This document shows positions 47,201-59,807 of a stretch of 64,000 nt of DNA, in pieces (position 1 is the first letter of the stretch; the number at the start of each line of letters is the position of its first letter). Origin of the DNA: Rhizodiscina lignyota (lineage: Eukaryota); assembly GCA_010015805.1 (NCBI GenBank), contig ML978126.1, forward strand, positions 1,240,001-1,304,000, read 5' to 3'. The notes below the pieces were generated by a model. It saw nothing but the letters and a program-made list of their open reading frames with translations, did no database searches and was not told where the DNA came from. The position numbers and the translations under genes were made by a program.

Positions 47201-48232
47201 AACTCTCGTACGTCTCAATTATCTTCTCTCTTGTTCGAACAAGGTTACCGCTCGCCCAATCCGTCGATTATATCCACGAGGGTCTCGAGACAAATGCCAT
47301 GGGCAGTGCAAGGCGCATGACGTGAGGCGCGCGGCTTGGAACCTCGCAATATGCCTATTCAACCATGGATCCATACATCCAGACTAGACTCCGTCGCTCC
47401 GGCACATCACTAAACTAGATAAACTTTCGCATGCCCCGGCAGCTTGCAAGAATAGCATCGGAGATCTCGGCCAGCCGTAGCAAGACAAGAGCTGTTCAGA
47501 TTACCAGTGCCTCGCAAGGGACTTGAATCATGAAACCGGCGCGTTCCGAATTCTAGACAGCGTATTGGCCGGATACAACAACAACATCCTACGGATTTAA
47601 ATCAGATCGCTGCCGACGGCGGACGCTACGTTACAGCTCCAGCTTACGTGGACATATGAAGAGGTCAGAGGCATAAGGATGTTGTGTGCATTGTGCAGAA
47701 GGACACAACGACGGAACCGGAAGTATCCATCGAAAGCAGAGGAGCAAGTGGGGATGGGTATAACCGTGTTTGCCGGCAGTCCCCCCTCTATTGCAAATCA
47801 TTAAAGTGAGGTCTTTGCAACGTGCATGCTTCTGATGCATGCTAGCTGCCATGACTCGATTGCGTTCAACGGCGCATCGAGATGGATCTCGGAAATACTG
47901 CACGGGCAAGGGCGAGTCATGCCTCTTTAAGTTACAATATTTCTCAATTTATTCTTGACTCGTTTCACAATACTCAGATTTGACATACCAGGCTATTTTC
48001 GCAGCAACTATACCCACTAACAGCTCTGGGGTCTCATCGAAGAATAGCCGGCAATGTATGTGGGATGAATGCGCTTTAGTCATGTGGCATTCGTTATGAG
48101 CACTGCGAACGCGGATTCGTCAAGAGCGAATTGGCCTTCACACGCCTAGTCCAACGTGTTGGAGGAGGGTGACACTTCGGTTGAACGAACCACCATCACG
48201 AGTTTGGCGATGATGGAAGAACATGTTTCTAT

Positions 48233-50130
48233 CTACAATTTAGCCCCAATCTCCTTTTGCGCCATCTCTCTCAGCTTGTTTTTGAGCAGCTTCTTATTCG
48301 CATTACGCGGCAACTCGTCGATGAACCGCACGCCGCCCACAAGATGCTTGTATCGAGCCAATCTCTTGCTCGCATACTCCTTCACCTCATCCTCGGTCAT
48401 CTGCGATCCTGGAGTCAACACAACATACGCCCTTGGCAGCTCAGTGTCATCCCGCGCGTACTTCACGCCGATGACTGCCGCGTCGTAAATTTTCGGATGC
48501 CCGACTAGCACGCCTTCGAGTTCTTTCGGCGCGACCTGGAACCCGCGGACTTTGATCAGCTCCTTCTTGCGGTCGACGACGTACCAGTACTTGTTTTCGC
48601 TGCTGCAGTACGCAATGTCGCCCGTCTTGAAGTAGCCTTCGCTGTCCCAGTCTCGCGCGTTCGCCTCAGGGTTCTCAAAGTATCCATTGATGATTGTGGG
48701 GCCGCGAACGCAGAGCTCTCCCCGAACGTCGTATGCGCTAATGTCGTTGCCGTCGTCGTCGATGAGCTTAGCATCGAGGTTGGGCATCATTTTGCCCACG
48801 CCGCCTGTCGGATCGTACTCTGGGTAGTAATACATCGTGCAGACACAGCTAGTCTCGCTCATCCCCCATCCTTGGTTGAAAGGCGTGTCTTTGTTGAAGA
48901 ATTCTTCCTTGAACCGGACCTGTGGCTCTCTGTCTAGCGGTGCGGATCCAGAATGCGCGTTTTTGATGCTTTTGAGCGAATACTTCTTGCTCGCCGGGGA
49001 ATTGAGGATCATGTAAACCATTTGTGGGACCTGTACAACTGTAAGTATGGCGTTCGCTCCTTCGTGTTCTAGCAATATTAATACCATGTTTATTTCGGTG
49101 ATGTTATACTTCTCAATATTCCGCAACCATGGTTCCAGCTCAAACCGCCGCATAACATACGTTGGATATCCACCGCGAATTGCACTCGTGTGTCCACGGG
49201 GAACCTGCGACGCGTGGAACATGGGATTGCACAGTATTCTCCGGATGTCATACGGACGCGGCCTGTACTCCATCACCATCGTATGCTGCGCTACGAAGTT
49301 CATGTGCGTCATATCCAGCGCCTTCGGCATCCCCGTGGTGCCGCTGGAGAAGAGTCTCGCTGCTGGCGTTTCCTCAGACCTTTTCTTGTCGTCGAATCTC
49401 TCCCAGTCACTCTCGCCCTGGTTGAGCAGCCAGTCCCAAGAACGCAGCTCGCGCGCCTCAGGAACAGCGGCGAGAGTCTCCTCTGACAGCTTCTGGCCGA
49501 GGACGTCGAAGAGGAAAAGACTGGATAATGGAAGACCAGTGTCCTTTGCCGCAGCGACCGCGTTCTTGAGCATGTTCGTGTCCGGCTCTACCAGCATAAA
49601 CCGAACCTTCGCCGTGCGCATGCCGTGCGCGAGCTCATATGGGGTATAAGACGGGTTCTGTCCTTCATTATCACGTCAATTGCGTGCTCGGTTTAGCGAA
49701 ACTCGGAGGGAAATACCTGCAAAGACACCGCCGGATGCAACAATGCCCATAAAGGCCATGGAATAGTAGATATCATTGAATGCAAGCATACACACGCAGT
49801 CGCCCTTCTTTACGCCCGCGGCTTTGAAGCCCGCAGCCAGCTTGCGGGTGATCGAGAACGCTTTTCGGTAGCATATTGTTCGAGACGTGTTAGCGGCGTC
49901 AATGTATATCTGCGCATTGTCTCAGAATCCCAATCTAAATTAAACAGCTGGGGAGAAAAGTACAGGTTTGTCTTTATCGTAGCTTGGGTCGTCGAACATC
50001 TGTGATCAAAATGTTAAAAAACTCCATGGACCACGGAACGGGACATTCCGCTCGCACTGAGCATCGCACTTGCCCATGACAGAAGGTCTTTGTTTGGAAT
50101 TGAAATGTGCGTTTCGGCGAGGAATGGCAT
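48233..50130 (-). CDS. Peroxisomal acyl/aryl-CoA ligase (4-coumarate/phenylacetate-CoA ligase-like)
   Basis: FSSGTTGMPK, QGWGMSET, FKTGD, DRKKELIKVRGFQVAP and C-terminal AKL (PTS1). Introns 50000-50073 (GC-AG), 49910-49963, 49663-49716 and 49031-49084. Confidence 0.93.
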
Positions 50131-50720
50131 TACGGGTGAATTTTTCGGCTTCTAATTGAGAGTCCAAACTATGTGAGAAATTCTAATGAAGCGAAAATGC
50201 AGAAAATTTGAGAAAGTGGAGTGGGTAGATCGGGGCGCCAGCAGAGATTGTGTATACCGAACGAAGCCGAGAGGGGCGACCTCAGGTACTTCTAATGGCC
50301 ATCTTAGTTACAATGCTGCATTGCTTTTCATGACCAATGGAGTTTCATAGTTAGCAACTCAAGTTTGGCTTTGGTATGATTGCTACTTCTATTATTCGTG
50401 CCACAGACACCCTACCCGTGGCACGACTCTCTTAGACCACTCTGCCAGCCGGAGATGAGAACGGCGAGCGCTAATGGGCATGTTGTTGGCCTTGTTGCCG
50501 AAAGAAAGAAAAATACATCTGAATGTCAAGCGGACCGAAAGTCATATGGTGCTACAGCCTGGGTCAAGGTGGCTTCCACCATTCTCGAACGCATGAATAC
50601 ACCACGGTCCGAGTAGAAGACGAGGCTCGTTATACTTGGCGAAAACACGGAACAAATCCTCGACTGCCTGCCCTTGAAGGACTGCCTCCGAATTGCGTCT
50701 TATGGTGAAGAGTCATGATT

Positions 50721-51270
50721 TTAACAGATACCGTATTTGCCACTACACTTTAGAATTGCAGATCCTTCATCCCAGCGGCAAGTCACATCACTCCTGAGGT
50801 AGAGATTGTTGTACCTGACCTTTCCAACGATATCTTTATGAACCACCTTCTCCTGGAAATCCTCAATTGTAAACCTCTTCATCTTGAAGGACTTGTCCGT
50901 CACCGACGTGAACAAAGCTTTGACGACCTCGTCCGAGCGCACCATGAATTCCTGAGCGAACATCGCGCCACCGGTCTTGCAGGACGGCTTCCATGTCATG
51001 GACTTTTTAATCTGCTTCTCCATCAAGTTGCGGATTTGAGTGACTTGTTTGGCGATATCGGCTTCACTGAGGGACTTCGATGCTGAGGCTGGCGCAGAAG
51101 CTTGCTTGGCTTGAAGCTCGAGGTACATCGAGACAAGATCATCGTGGCTGACCTTCTGAAGCTCCCTTTCGGTATGTCTTGGAGTTCGACAGACGCTTTC
51201 GCTTCGATGATGGGACGGGTGCGTTCTCTTTGTCGGGCGCGTCGGACGCGTCGAACACGTCTTCGGATTT
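50721..51270 (-). pseudogene. Small conserved-looking fungal protein gene with apparent lost start and frameshift (or a short CDS from an internal Met)
   Basis: Protein-like C-terminal frame ..ELQKVSHDDLVSMYLELQ..MTWKPSCKTG..CSGKYG. The upstream segment SEDVFDASDAPDKENAPVPSSKRKRLSNSKTY lies in another frame with no ATG. Confidence 0.5.
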
Positions 51271-51534
51271 GAGAGAACGGACAAAGAAAGAGAGGGAAAG
51301 GTTAAGAAAAGGCTGTGAGAAGACCTTCGATCGAGAGGCCGTGCTTTCCGGCTATGGAATTGCTAACGCCACAGAGTGTCTCACATGAGTCGCATGGGCA
51401 GCTACCTTATCTACAATTCAAACTGAAAACCTAGTGTGTAGAGTTGAAAATGGCCAAGTATGGTAGGACGACCCTGTATTTTGAAGGTGTGGCCTCTGAT
51501 GAGCTGCCATGCTGAATCAGTTTGTTGTAGGTCG

Positions 51535-52130
51535 CCAGCAGGGCTGTAACACTCAAGGGCTAATAGCTCTTCCACCTCACAGTAACCAAGACTATCGCTG
51601 AAAGTTTAGTTGTATATTCTCTGGAGTGTATGAAATAATAGCAGGTTGTTGGAAAACTTGTATCCTACGTTACCCATAGAGTCTGTACATAGATGCTGCC
51701 CAGTGGCTTGAAAGCTGCGGCCAACTTTTTTATCATCCTCTTGCCGAGTCAATCACGTAGGCCGAACGCTTGCAGTAAGGATATGAGTTTTGTTCTTCCA
51801 CATCGACGAGAACGCCTCTAAAAGCTTAGTTAGATATATACTAGAATGCATTTATCCAAAATTCGCGGCTTCGGTGTGTACAGTCTGCGTTAACTCACGG
51901 CGATATGTATCTTTGCGGCGAGCTAGATTAAAGCTACGACTCAGCTTTTTTGTCACCCACTTGCCGCATCAAAATTTAATGTACTGACATTATAACTTGT
52001 AAGGCCACGAGGCCAACAAAATAGTTGAGCCGTATTGGCCGAACGCTTGTAGTAGGAGCCAGTCTTTTTCTTCCATATGGACGAGAGTATCTCTAAAAGC
52101 TCGATTGAATATACACTAGATAATATTTCC
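51535..52130. repeat. Array of about 3 degenerate copies of dispersed repeat family 2
   Basis: GGCCGAACGCTTG..CTCTAAAAGCT..ACTAGA occurs twice (about 51760-51845 and 52037-52120). The 51535-51740 reverse complement matches 38270-38460, 57840-58040 and 13225-13325. Confidence 0.7.
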
Positions 52131-52146
52131 ATCCCTTAGACCCGCT

Positions 52147-54108
52147 TCAGCCTTTCTCACTATCATTGTCGTCCGAACCATAAGGCTTGCCATGCTGCTT
52201 GCCAGGGCCAGCTGCCTCATGAAAGCCTGAATCTTGATGATAAGGTACATGAAACTCGCCGGCGGCTCCTGGTGGCGGTTCGTGATAGATATCTTGTGTA
52301 TTAGTATGCGAATCTGCCACAGGTTGACTAGCTTCTGTCCCCGAAGCCGTTGCGCAACTTTCCGCTCGACAAGCCTCTTCCTTAAGAGCCGTGCTGAGTT
52401 GAGAAATCGCGGACCCTGATGGCGGGTTCGGTTCGGTGCGGCCACCAAATTCAAGGTCGTTCGGATCTGCTGCTGGTGCCTTCCCTTTGTCCATCTCAGC
52501 ATGCGTCTCCGCCTCCGCCTCCGCGGCTTGGAACATCTTTAAAATCTCCTTCGCACTCACCCTCTTCCCTGGATCGTCGTCGTAGCACAGCTCAAACGCA
52601 TTACGGTAATATGCCGGAATACCATTTGTGTCCCACTTCGCGCTGGTCTCCAGTGGCCGCTCCACTCTCTCCGGCTCGTCTTGTTCTTCCACCAAGGCCC
52701 ATAACACCATTCCCAATTGGAACAAATCTGTCTTGGTCCCAATGTACATGGAAATCTTCTGCCCGGCTTCAATCATCTTCGACATTTCCGGCGGCTCCCA
52801 TCCAACCGGACAACCGCGACGATTGATGTCGATGATTTGCGCGTTATCATTGCTGTCGATGACGATATTTGAGAGGGTAAAGTCGCCTTGCACGAAACCC
52901 GCCTCGTGAATATCTGACAAGCCCTGTACAATCTGCCGAGCCCAGCGTTCGCGACGTGACCAGGGAAGCGAGCTGGTGCCACGCAGGTCGTAGAGCAGGT
53001 CAACAAGCGCACCGCCTTCAGCATAGCTTATTACAAGTCCAGTGACTACCTCTTGCGCTTCGTCCACGACGATACCCTCAAAGGGGATGATGTGATCGGA
53101 GTGACTGAGGCCGCTAAGGGCATTAATCTCATAGAGAAACTCATCCACCGCTTCAGGACCCGGTATTTCCTTCTTGATGTAGCTCTTGCCGCGGATGCTG
53201 ACTTTGTAGACGAAGCCAGAAAGGTGTGACTCGAAGTTGACTTCGCTTTCCCTGTAGTGCGGGCAGTGTATGTATGGGAGGAACGAAACTGGTGGATACG
53301 GAATTATCTCGTTAACGTCTTCCGTCACGTGGACGTGCAACCGCCCGTCATCTGTCTTGAGTTTGAGATTTGTAACGGTCTCCAAGAACTGAATATCTGT
53401 TAATGAATCACGTATTGCCTCATAGATCTTCCCACTCTTGTCGCGTTGATAATAGAGCGTTTTGAGGTCGGCTTCTAATGAGTCTGACTGACAGTCCCGG
53501 TAGTCACAAGAGACGGTCACACGTCTCCACTTGTTAGGCTCATCGATAAAAGTGATGAAAAATTTCTCCCGATCTGACTTGTCCCGGAAATGCATGCTCA
53601 AATTGAGAATCCATTTTGTCTCCAGCTCCTCTTGTATCTGTAAGTCCTCGAGGGCATCGGAGACTGTCTCGGGATCCTGAACGTCCGAATCGTAAGCAGC
53701 AGGGAGTCCGAATACAGCTCTAGCATGTGATGTTTCCCCAGTATCAGCATCTTGTATTCGTTTGTCGGCAAGTGATAAATTTGTATTCGTCAATGATAAA
53801 GAGGCGAGATCTGAAGCGCCAATATTGGGGAGCGAGGAGGGTACAGAAGATGTGCCTCGTAACTTTGTACCGCCGTATGAGTGCAATCGTCGTTCCGCAG
53901 AGGTTGCTCTCCTCTCTTCCACATCAGGTTCGTATGGCTCCAGTCTGTCCCTCTTCTCAGAATTCTGCCTCGCAAATGTTATCGGCCGCGGCAGGCTGGG
54001 GACAACCGTTCTGAAAGGGCGCCTGTCATCGTCGGAGTGGTCGGGCGGTGGTTCGGCCTCGTCTTTTTTGAGCCATTCGCCAAATTTGGTGAATGTACGT
54101 TGCCACAT
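52147..54108 (-). CDS. Fungal protein-kinase-like protein (atypical motifs)
   Basis: HLSGFVYKV, YIKKEI, EFLYEI, VQGDFTLSNIV, IIDIN, GWEPPE, TDLFQLGMVLW; single 653-aa ORF. Confidence 0.88.
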   Translation of the reverse strand: MWQRTFTKFGEWLKKDEAEPPPDHSDDDRRPFRTVVPSLPRPITFARQNSEKRDRLEPYEPDVEERRATSAERRLHSYGGTKLRGTSSVPSSLPNIGASDLASLSLTNTNLSLADKRIQDADTGETSHARAVFGLPAAYDSDVQDPETVSDALEDLQIQEELETKWILNLSMHFRDKSDREKFFITFIDEPNKWRRVTVSCDYRDCQSDSLEADLKTLYYQRDKSGKIYEAIRDSLTDIQFLETVTNLKLKTDDGRLHVHVTEDVNEIIPYPPVSFLPYIHCPHYRESEVNFESHLSGFVYKVSIRGKSYIKKEIPGPEAVDEFLYEINALSGLSHSDHIIPFEGIVVDEAQEVVTGLVISYAEGGALVDLLYDLRGTSSLPWSRRERWARQIVQGLSDIHEAGFVQGDFTLSNIVIDSNDNAQIIDINRRGCPVGWEPPEMSKMIEAGQKISMYIGTKTDLFQLGMVLWALVEEQDEPERVERPLETSAKWDTNGIPAYYRNAFELCYDDDPGKRVSAKEILKMFQAAEAEAETHAEMDKGKAPAADPNDLEFGGRTEPNPPSGSAISQLSTALKEEACRAESCATASGTEASQPVADSHTNTQDIYHEPPPGAAGEFHVPYHQDSGFHEAAGPGKQHGKPYGSDDNDSEKG

Positions 54109-55396
54109 ATCAATGGCATTTGTACTTCATAAAATTGAATTGTTCATGACCTGTGTGAATTACTAAAATGAGTCAGCTTTGGTCAGGACATTGCAGCGAG
54201 AAGAAGGCAAGAAGAAGTAAAATAAGGGTGTGGTCGTGCATACGAAGACGATGATGGTACCACGATCCTTCCCTTCGGTGCCGACGTTGTACGGTTGTGA
54301 AAGGAGTCTTCCATTGCTCGACACGTAACAGGGCGGCAAAGTCAACGCCCGACTGTATTAAGGAGGGAGGCAATAGGCTTGTGACGAGCAAGGCATGCTA
54401 TCGGGAGACGTCGTCGCGAGGAGGCTGTGCGGTGCTACGTGAGACCCGCGCCAAGCCTCCACTGGTAGAGTAAGGCCAATTGCAAGGCGCATGAGACAAC
54501 AAAGAAATGTCGCCCTAAAGAAGCTCAGGACTAGGAGAGGATCAGCTACGTCTTTGCCAGCTGAAATTCCTAGATACGTGGTATTTTGCGAGACGAACCG
54601 AGTGAATTTCAATGTATGACCGCGTCCAGATTAGGTAGGAACTAGGAAGGCTTTTTGTGAACTGTGGCTGATTCGCTGCCCCGAGCTTTACTTAATTTAT
54701 CGACGTCGCGACGACGCCTGAGGCAATCTTTGATGTCCTGTGCTCCGACTCCCAACACAACTTCAATAATCACTTTCAAGTCATGGCATCGTCTTTTGGA
54801 TTTTATAACCACACTCATCCTTCGCAGAGTAAAATGCTTCTCTAATGGCTACCCATATGTAGGGATCATTTCGGACAAAAGGTGGTCTTAAAGCTACCTC
54901 AGCATAGAGTGGCACATCAAATATAGGCCTGAGAAGTACGATGATCACAATAAGCCAGCTGACAGGAATTCTCAGATTGAGGGGCTGTAAATGCTTTAGG
55001 ATAATATTGAAGGGTCTTCTGTGCGTTCCTCCTATTTAGAGCGCTCGAAGTCAAACGACGTAACACTCGCGATACGTCTCCCTACGCGGTGTGCCACGGT
55101 CGCAAGAGGCCGAGGAATTTGTACCTTGATCCCTCTATGGTAGCAAGACAGCAATTGCAAGAAGGCAAGCAAATAATCCTTCAAATTTTATCGATTTAGT
55201 GCAAATAGTGTGAGTGGATCCCGTAGTTAATCTAACTTCCCCTCGCTCAGCTGCGGCCGCCTACACTTCACATTGAAAGTCACATCCAACACTGCCTCGA
55301 TACTGAGTATAGCCCTAATTGGAGAAAGGTCGTTTAGAATTTAAGCAGTAGTGCTTACAGCGGCGAGTGGTGGGAAATGTGCGGCCGGGCCCAACA

Positions 55397-56053
55397 TCAC
55401 GATTCGACTGGACGGCCATCTTGACCTGATTGAAAGCGAAAGCCCGGCCTCTGGTAATACTGGTCCGCCTTTGGAGCCATAACCCTCACCATTTGAATCT
55501 CCGTCTCTTTGTCCTCATCCTCCTTCGATGTTGGCGGAATGTACGGCCTGATGTATTTCTCCACATAGTCTGGTGGAAGACCAAATCCCTTCGACTCTCT
55601 CACAGCTTTGTTGATCCATACAACATAGTCTGGCATGATCACTCCTTCATCAGGCCTCTTCACGTCGACATAAACGAGAGCCTTGACCTTCTGTCCCGTC
55701 TCGCTTCCATCTGCAGCAATGCGCATGACTTCGTGCCACCGTTTCTCATAGAGCCATGGTACACCTTCGCTCTCGTCAAGTCCGGCTTCATCACGAGGTG
55801 AAAGGAAGAATAGAGAGCCGTACACGATGTCGTCTGCTGAGGGAACGATGTTGGCGTATTGGGTGCTGTTGATGTTCCATTTCCAGCCATCTAAACGTGC
55901 CAGGCCACAAAAGAGACTGTCTGGACACCGTCCTTTCATAGCAGAAGGCGATAAGTTCGATGCATAGCCAAAGTATAACGCGCTGAAGCGGCGGGATGAG
56001 TCGACATTGTCGTTCCGGGATCTTGCCGGGCCTTGCATTGAAGGAGGATACAT
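55397..56053 (-). CDS. Gamma-glutamylcyclotransferase (GGCT/AIG2-like) family protein
   Basis: LYFGYASNL N-terminal motif, YANIVP, LDESEGVP with the catalytic Glu. Confidence 0.85.
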   Translation of the reverse strand: MYPPSMQGPARSRNDNVDSSRRFSALYFGYASNLSPSAMKGRCPDSLFCGLARLDGWKWNINSTQYANIVPSADDIVYGSLFFLSPRDEAGLDESEGVPWLYEKRWHEVMRIAADGSETGQKVKALVYVDVKRPDEGVIMPDYVVWINKAVRESKGFGLPPDYVEKYIRPYIPPTSKEDEDKETEIQMVRVMAPKADQYYQRPGFRFQSGQDGRPVES

Positions 56054-56525
56054 CTTGTAGAAGTTTACAAAATAGAACTGCCACAGGACGTTGAATGTAG
56101 GAAAGATAGGAAATATGAGAGGTACATCTAATATTCATTCAGCCCTTCTCTGTCGTAAGGAAACATTGTCAAGATCTTACGATCATTTCTAAAGACCCCG
56201 CTCGACCGCTTCCGATCGCCCATACGGAGTAATGCTGGTCAGATCCCAAGCTGTCCAGCTCGTCTATGGGTGGGCGGAATCCAGCAGATGCCCCTGTTTT
56301 CTGGTACCCTTAAGGCAGCTCAGGAGAGATACGCCGTAACGCCGGTTCAGCCGCAATTTTTGGAAGAAGGTATTTTGAGACTGGAAAGTCATGTCCAGGG
56401 TCAATACCGAATTGCGGAAGCCTCGGGGGCTTTAACCGGATCGGGTCAGCCCTCTGAGAATTTGGTGTTCGAACCGTATCTGTTGCAAATTGATTTGTGA
56501 AGATATAGTATCTATTGGCCAGAAG

Positions 56526-57519
56526 TTACACTTCCTGATGCTCCCTCAAAAATTCCACCAAGGAAGTTCTCTTCAACCAAGGATACAGTTTGAGGTCAAG
56601 CCGCTCCATATAGACGGTCCCATCAAGCTGAATCAGCTGGAAATAGTAGCCTCCCCATTCGAAAAACCTTCCAAGTCCCATCTCTCTCTTCGCTTTCTCC
56701 GCAGTAGCTCGTAGTTGCTCTATGCTCCCTTTGAAGTCCAAGTTTACTTGTACTCCCCGTTCCTGCGCGTAGATGTTCGCAATCTCCCTTGAACTATACT
56801 CACCGCTGCAAAACCTATAATATCCAGCTTTCTTGCTCAAATCGACCAGGAGCTCGGCGGTGAACTCGGCGCAGTCCTCTTCGGTAGTCAACTGCCACTT
56901 CTCGTCTCCTGTTCCCCAAACCTCTGCTCGTTTCACTGGGCCATTAGGATCCCATACGCCGTGGCTGTCTGGACCAAACCCGCCATGTCCGGGCTTTGAG
57001 AAGAACACTTCATGAAAGATCCCAACAAATATGTAGATCGGCTCGATTGTTGTTGACATGGCAATCTGGCGCTGGAGAGCTAGGAATAGATCGTAATATG
57101 GCACATCTCCCCAATGAAGAACTGACCAATCAGCATTCCATGTGGAAGGGATGAAGCGCTGTACACAAAGTCAATTGATTGATTGGAGTGCTGCAGAACT
57201 TCTGAGAGTGTGTTTGAGCACTCACGGTGACCCCTTCTTCTTCCATGATTCGAACGAGGAGCACCTGAGCGTCAAGAGCAAGCACAGGGACGGGGCTGTA
57301 GGCACAAACCACCGCGTCCACTCCTCGGAGAGACTTCCGAATAGCATCGACATCGTACCAGGAGCTCAATTCGTAAAAGCCTTCAAGGCTTTGCAGGTCC
57401 TTCTCCGAGAGTTTATCTTTAGACCTGGAGAGGCCTCGAACTGCATGGCCGCGTTGAGTGAGGGCCGAGAGGAGCTTCACTCCGATATTACCCGTAATAC
57501 CAGCGATAAGAATGAGCAT
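56526..57519 (-). CDS. NmrA-like / isoflavone-reductase-like NAD(P)-binding protein
   Basis: ILIAGITGNIG Rossmann motif, intron 57159-57225, RFIPSTW, WGTGDEKWQLTTEEDCAEFTA. Confidence 0.88.
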
Positions 57520-58086
57520 TTTCTGGGGAAATCGTACTAAATGTCAATAGCATGCAGCTGAGCGGACACTCCACACCGCTTTTAAAGCAGAAGATGTGGG
57601 GAGTTAACCATGGAGTCCCCACCATTTCCCCCCAGCCGGCCCATCTATTCAAAGGAGAACGCTGTATTTTCGGGCGGTTTCAGAAGCTATAGAATTCGTC
57701 TCCTGGAGTCGGATCTGGCCATTGAAGACCGCGTTGTGACCATAAAAGGGCCGCCGGAAGAATTTGCCGTAGTAGTCTACCGAACAAAGTGCACCATGTT
57801 CTGGCTGCTCGAGCGCGGCTCGATCTACCCTCGAGGTTCACAAGAAGTTAGCCGCAGCTTTCAACGCTCAATGGCTATGAGGTAAACCTCTATAACCAAC
57901 AAGGTGAGCAAGTTTTTCAACAGTCTGTTACTATTAAATAGACTCCAAAGATCTTGTAACTGAGCTTTCAGATATACTCTCGCTCACCTCGAAGTGCAAT
58001 ACCTGCTCGCTCTTAGGTGTTACAGCTTGCCCGGCCGCCACTCATTTTTTCATCCTTAAGGCACTCTCGTTTCGTTGCCTGCAGTG

Positions 58087-58979
58087 ATGGACTTCCAACA
58101 GGCCCGAGCATGCCCTCCTCGAGACTTTTTAACGGAGATTCGGGCCTGGAGAACCAATCGCGAACTCGGATTCGATGAGTCGTTTGACGAAACCCTCTTG
58201 ATGCCGATCCTCCGCACAACCCTGCTGCACGTGCCTTCCTTCTTCAACTCTCAGACCACACGCATTGTGGTGTTGCTCAGACTCGATAACAAGAGGCTCT
58301 GGGATCTTATCTCGAATTGCCTTGAAAGGACACGAGATCGAACGCTGGTTCCAAGCGAAACGTACGAAGGGCTTCGGAGGTTGGGTAATGCGAACGGTTC
58401 TGTGAGTTGCTCTTTGAATTCCCATTTCCCTAAGCACAGCCAGCAGGGTCTAATCGCATTCTGATCCATTTAATTGCCCAGGTTCTGTTCTACGAGGACA
58501 CAGCAGCGATCGGTGCGCTACTACAAAGCCCCAATAGTGCGAGGTACGTTGGGAAATTCCAGAGCTTGATCCAACAAACAAGCGCACAGCAGCAGTTTGT
58601 TGGTAGGTGAAACTATTCCCATCTCTCATCCTGAGTTCGATCAGAAGAAGCAGAACCCCAGATCCACGGTTGACTAATTGATACAGTTCAGACGGCGTTG
58701 TGCGTTGAAGGCCTTGGCGGAACCTTGCACTACTTCAACGGTGGTCTTATCGACGAAGCAATAAAGCAGGAGTGGGCCATAGAACCTGGCTGGAGGTTGG
58801 TAGCGCAGATAGTTTTCGGCAAAGTCCTGGAGCCGGTGGGAGTGAAGTTTCATTCGCCGCTTGATGGAAGACTAATTGTGAAAGGCGGTGATCTGTTGAG
58901 AAATCAAGACGATGGAGGACAGGACTCAAAGGCATGGGACTGGTTACAGAACGAAGTGAATCATGTTCTGACTGCTTGA
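58087..58979 (+). CDS. Nitroreductase family protein (Hbn1/Frm2-like)
   Basis: LHVPSFFNSQTTRIVVL, GS|VLFYED, ALCVEGLGGTLHYFN, WRLVAQIVFG. Introns 58402-58481 and 58603-58686 restore an intact frame. Confidence 0.85.
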
Positions 58980-59807
58980 GTTCGGTTTGATCCACATCCC
59001 TGCGGTATAGTGTTTTCGATGGTATAGAGGGAGTTTACCCAATGCTCCTTGAACGCGTACTTGATGATCATCCATAGAGTGGACCTTCATTAAGTTCTGG
59101 AATACGGTGTAAGCGCAGTAGAAGAGAATGAAAGGCGTGACGGCGCAGATCTCTATCTGGTGTGCGACCGGTTGAAGAGGCTGAATATGCAACGAAGAGT
59201 GATTCCGGATACAGTGTGAGCACTGTGGAAGAAGCTAAGCCACGCAACTTAGAAAAACTGCGTCTCTACTCTAAGCCCACGCCCGGGCGAGGAAAGCCAT
59301 TACATGGCACAACGTTCGAGGCAGGCGGAAGACGGTCGACATCACAACTTGGGCGCAATTGCTTGCCCTGACAATAAAAAATGCTTCTGAGCTGACTCAT
59401 ATTCGCGTCGAGACTCGAAGCAGTTGAAAGATTGTATTCAAGAAGGCAAAGTTTGAGGTGGGCCTGGTGGCCAGGAGTGAGGCGATTCAGGCGGCCCATT
59501 TTCGGCTCATTAACATGACTCGCGCAAAATTGAGCCGAACTCTTCTCAGCCATGGGGATCAGTTGCTGCTTTCTCGCCTTGATAGACCTGAGAAGGTCGC
59601 TCTTACAAAAGGGAGTATTCTAAGACCGAGTGCACTGCGGCGGATCTGCTCGGAGCTCTAAGTTTTATCCGGAACACCGAATGCCATACTAGCAGCAAGT
59701 TCTAGTTGTGCCGCGCTTCGTATGAAGCACATCTTCCCACGCAGCTTCGTCGAAGCTGCATTATGGGGTCTCCGCTCTCTTCCCCGCATTGTGGAGGTTG
59801 AATACCA

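Noticed and set aside
44300..48200. Dense ORFs in the 4-kb region upstream of the Zas1-like TF
   Set aside because: No domain motifs or coherent exon structure; treated as regulatory DNA.
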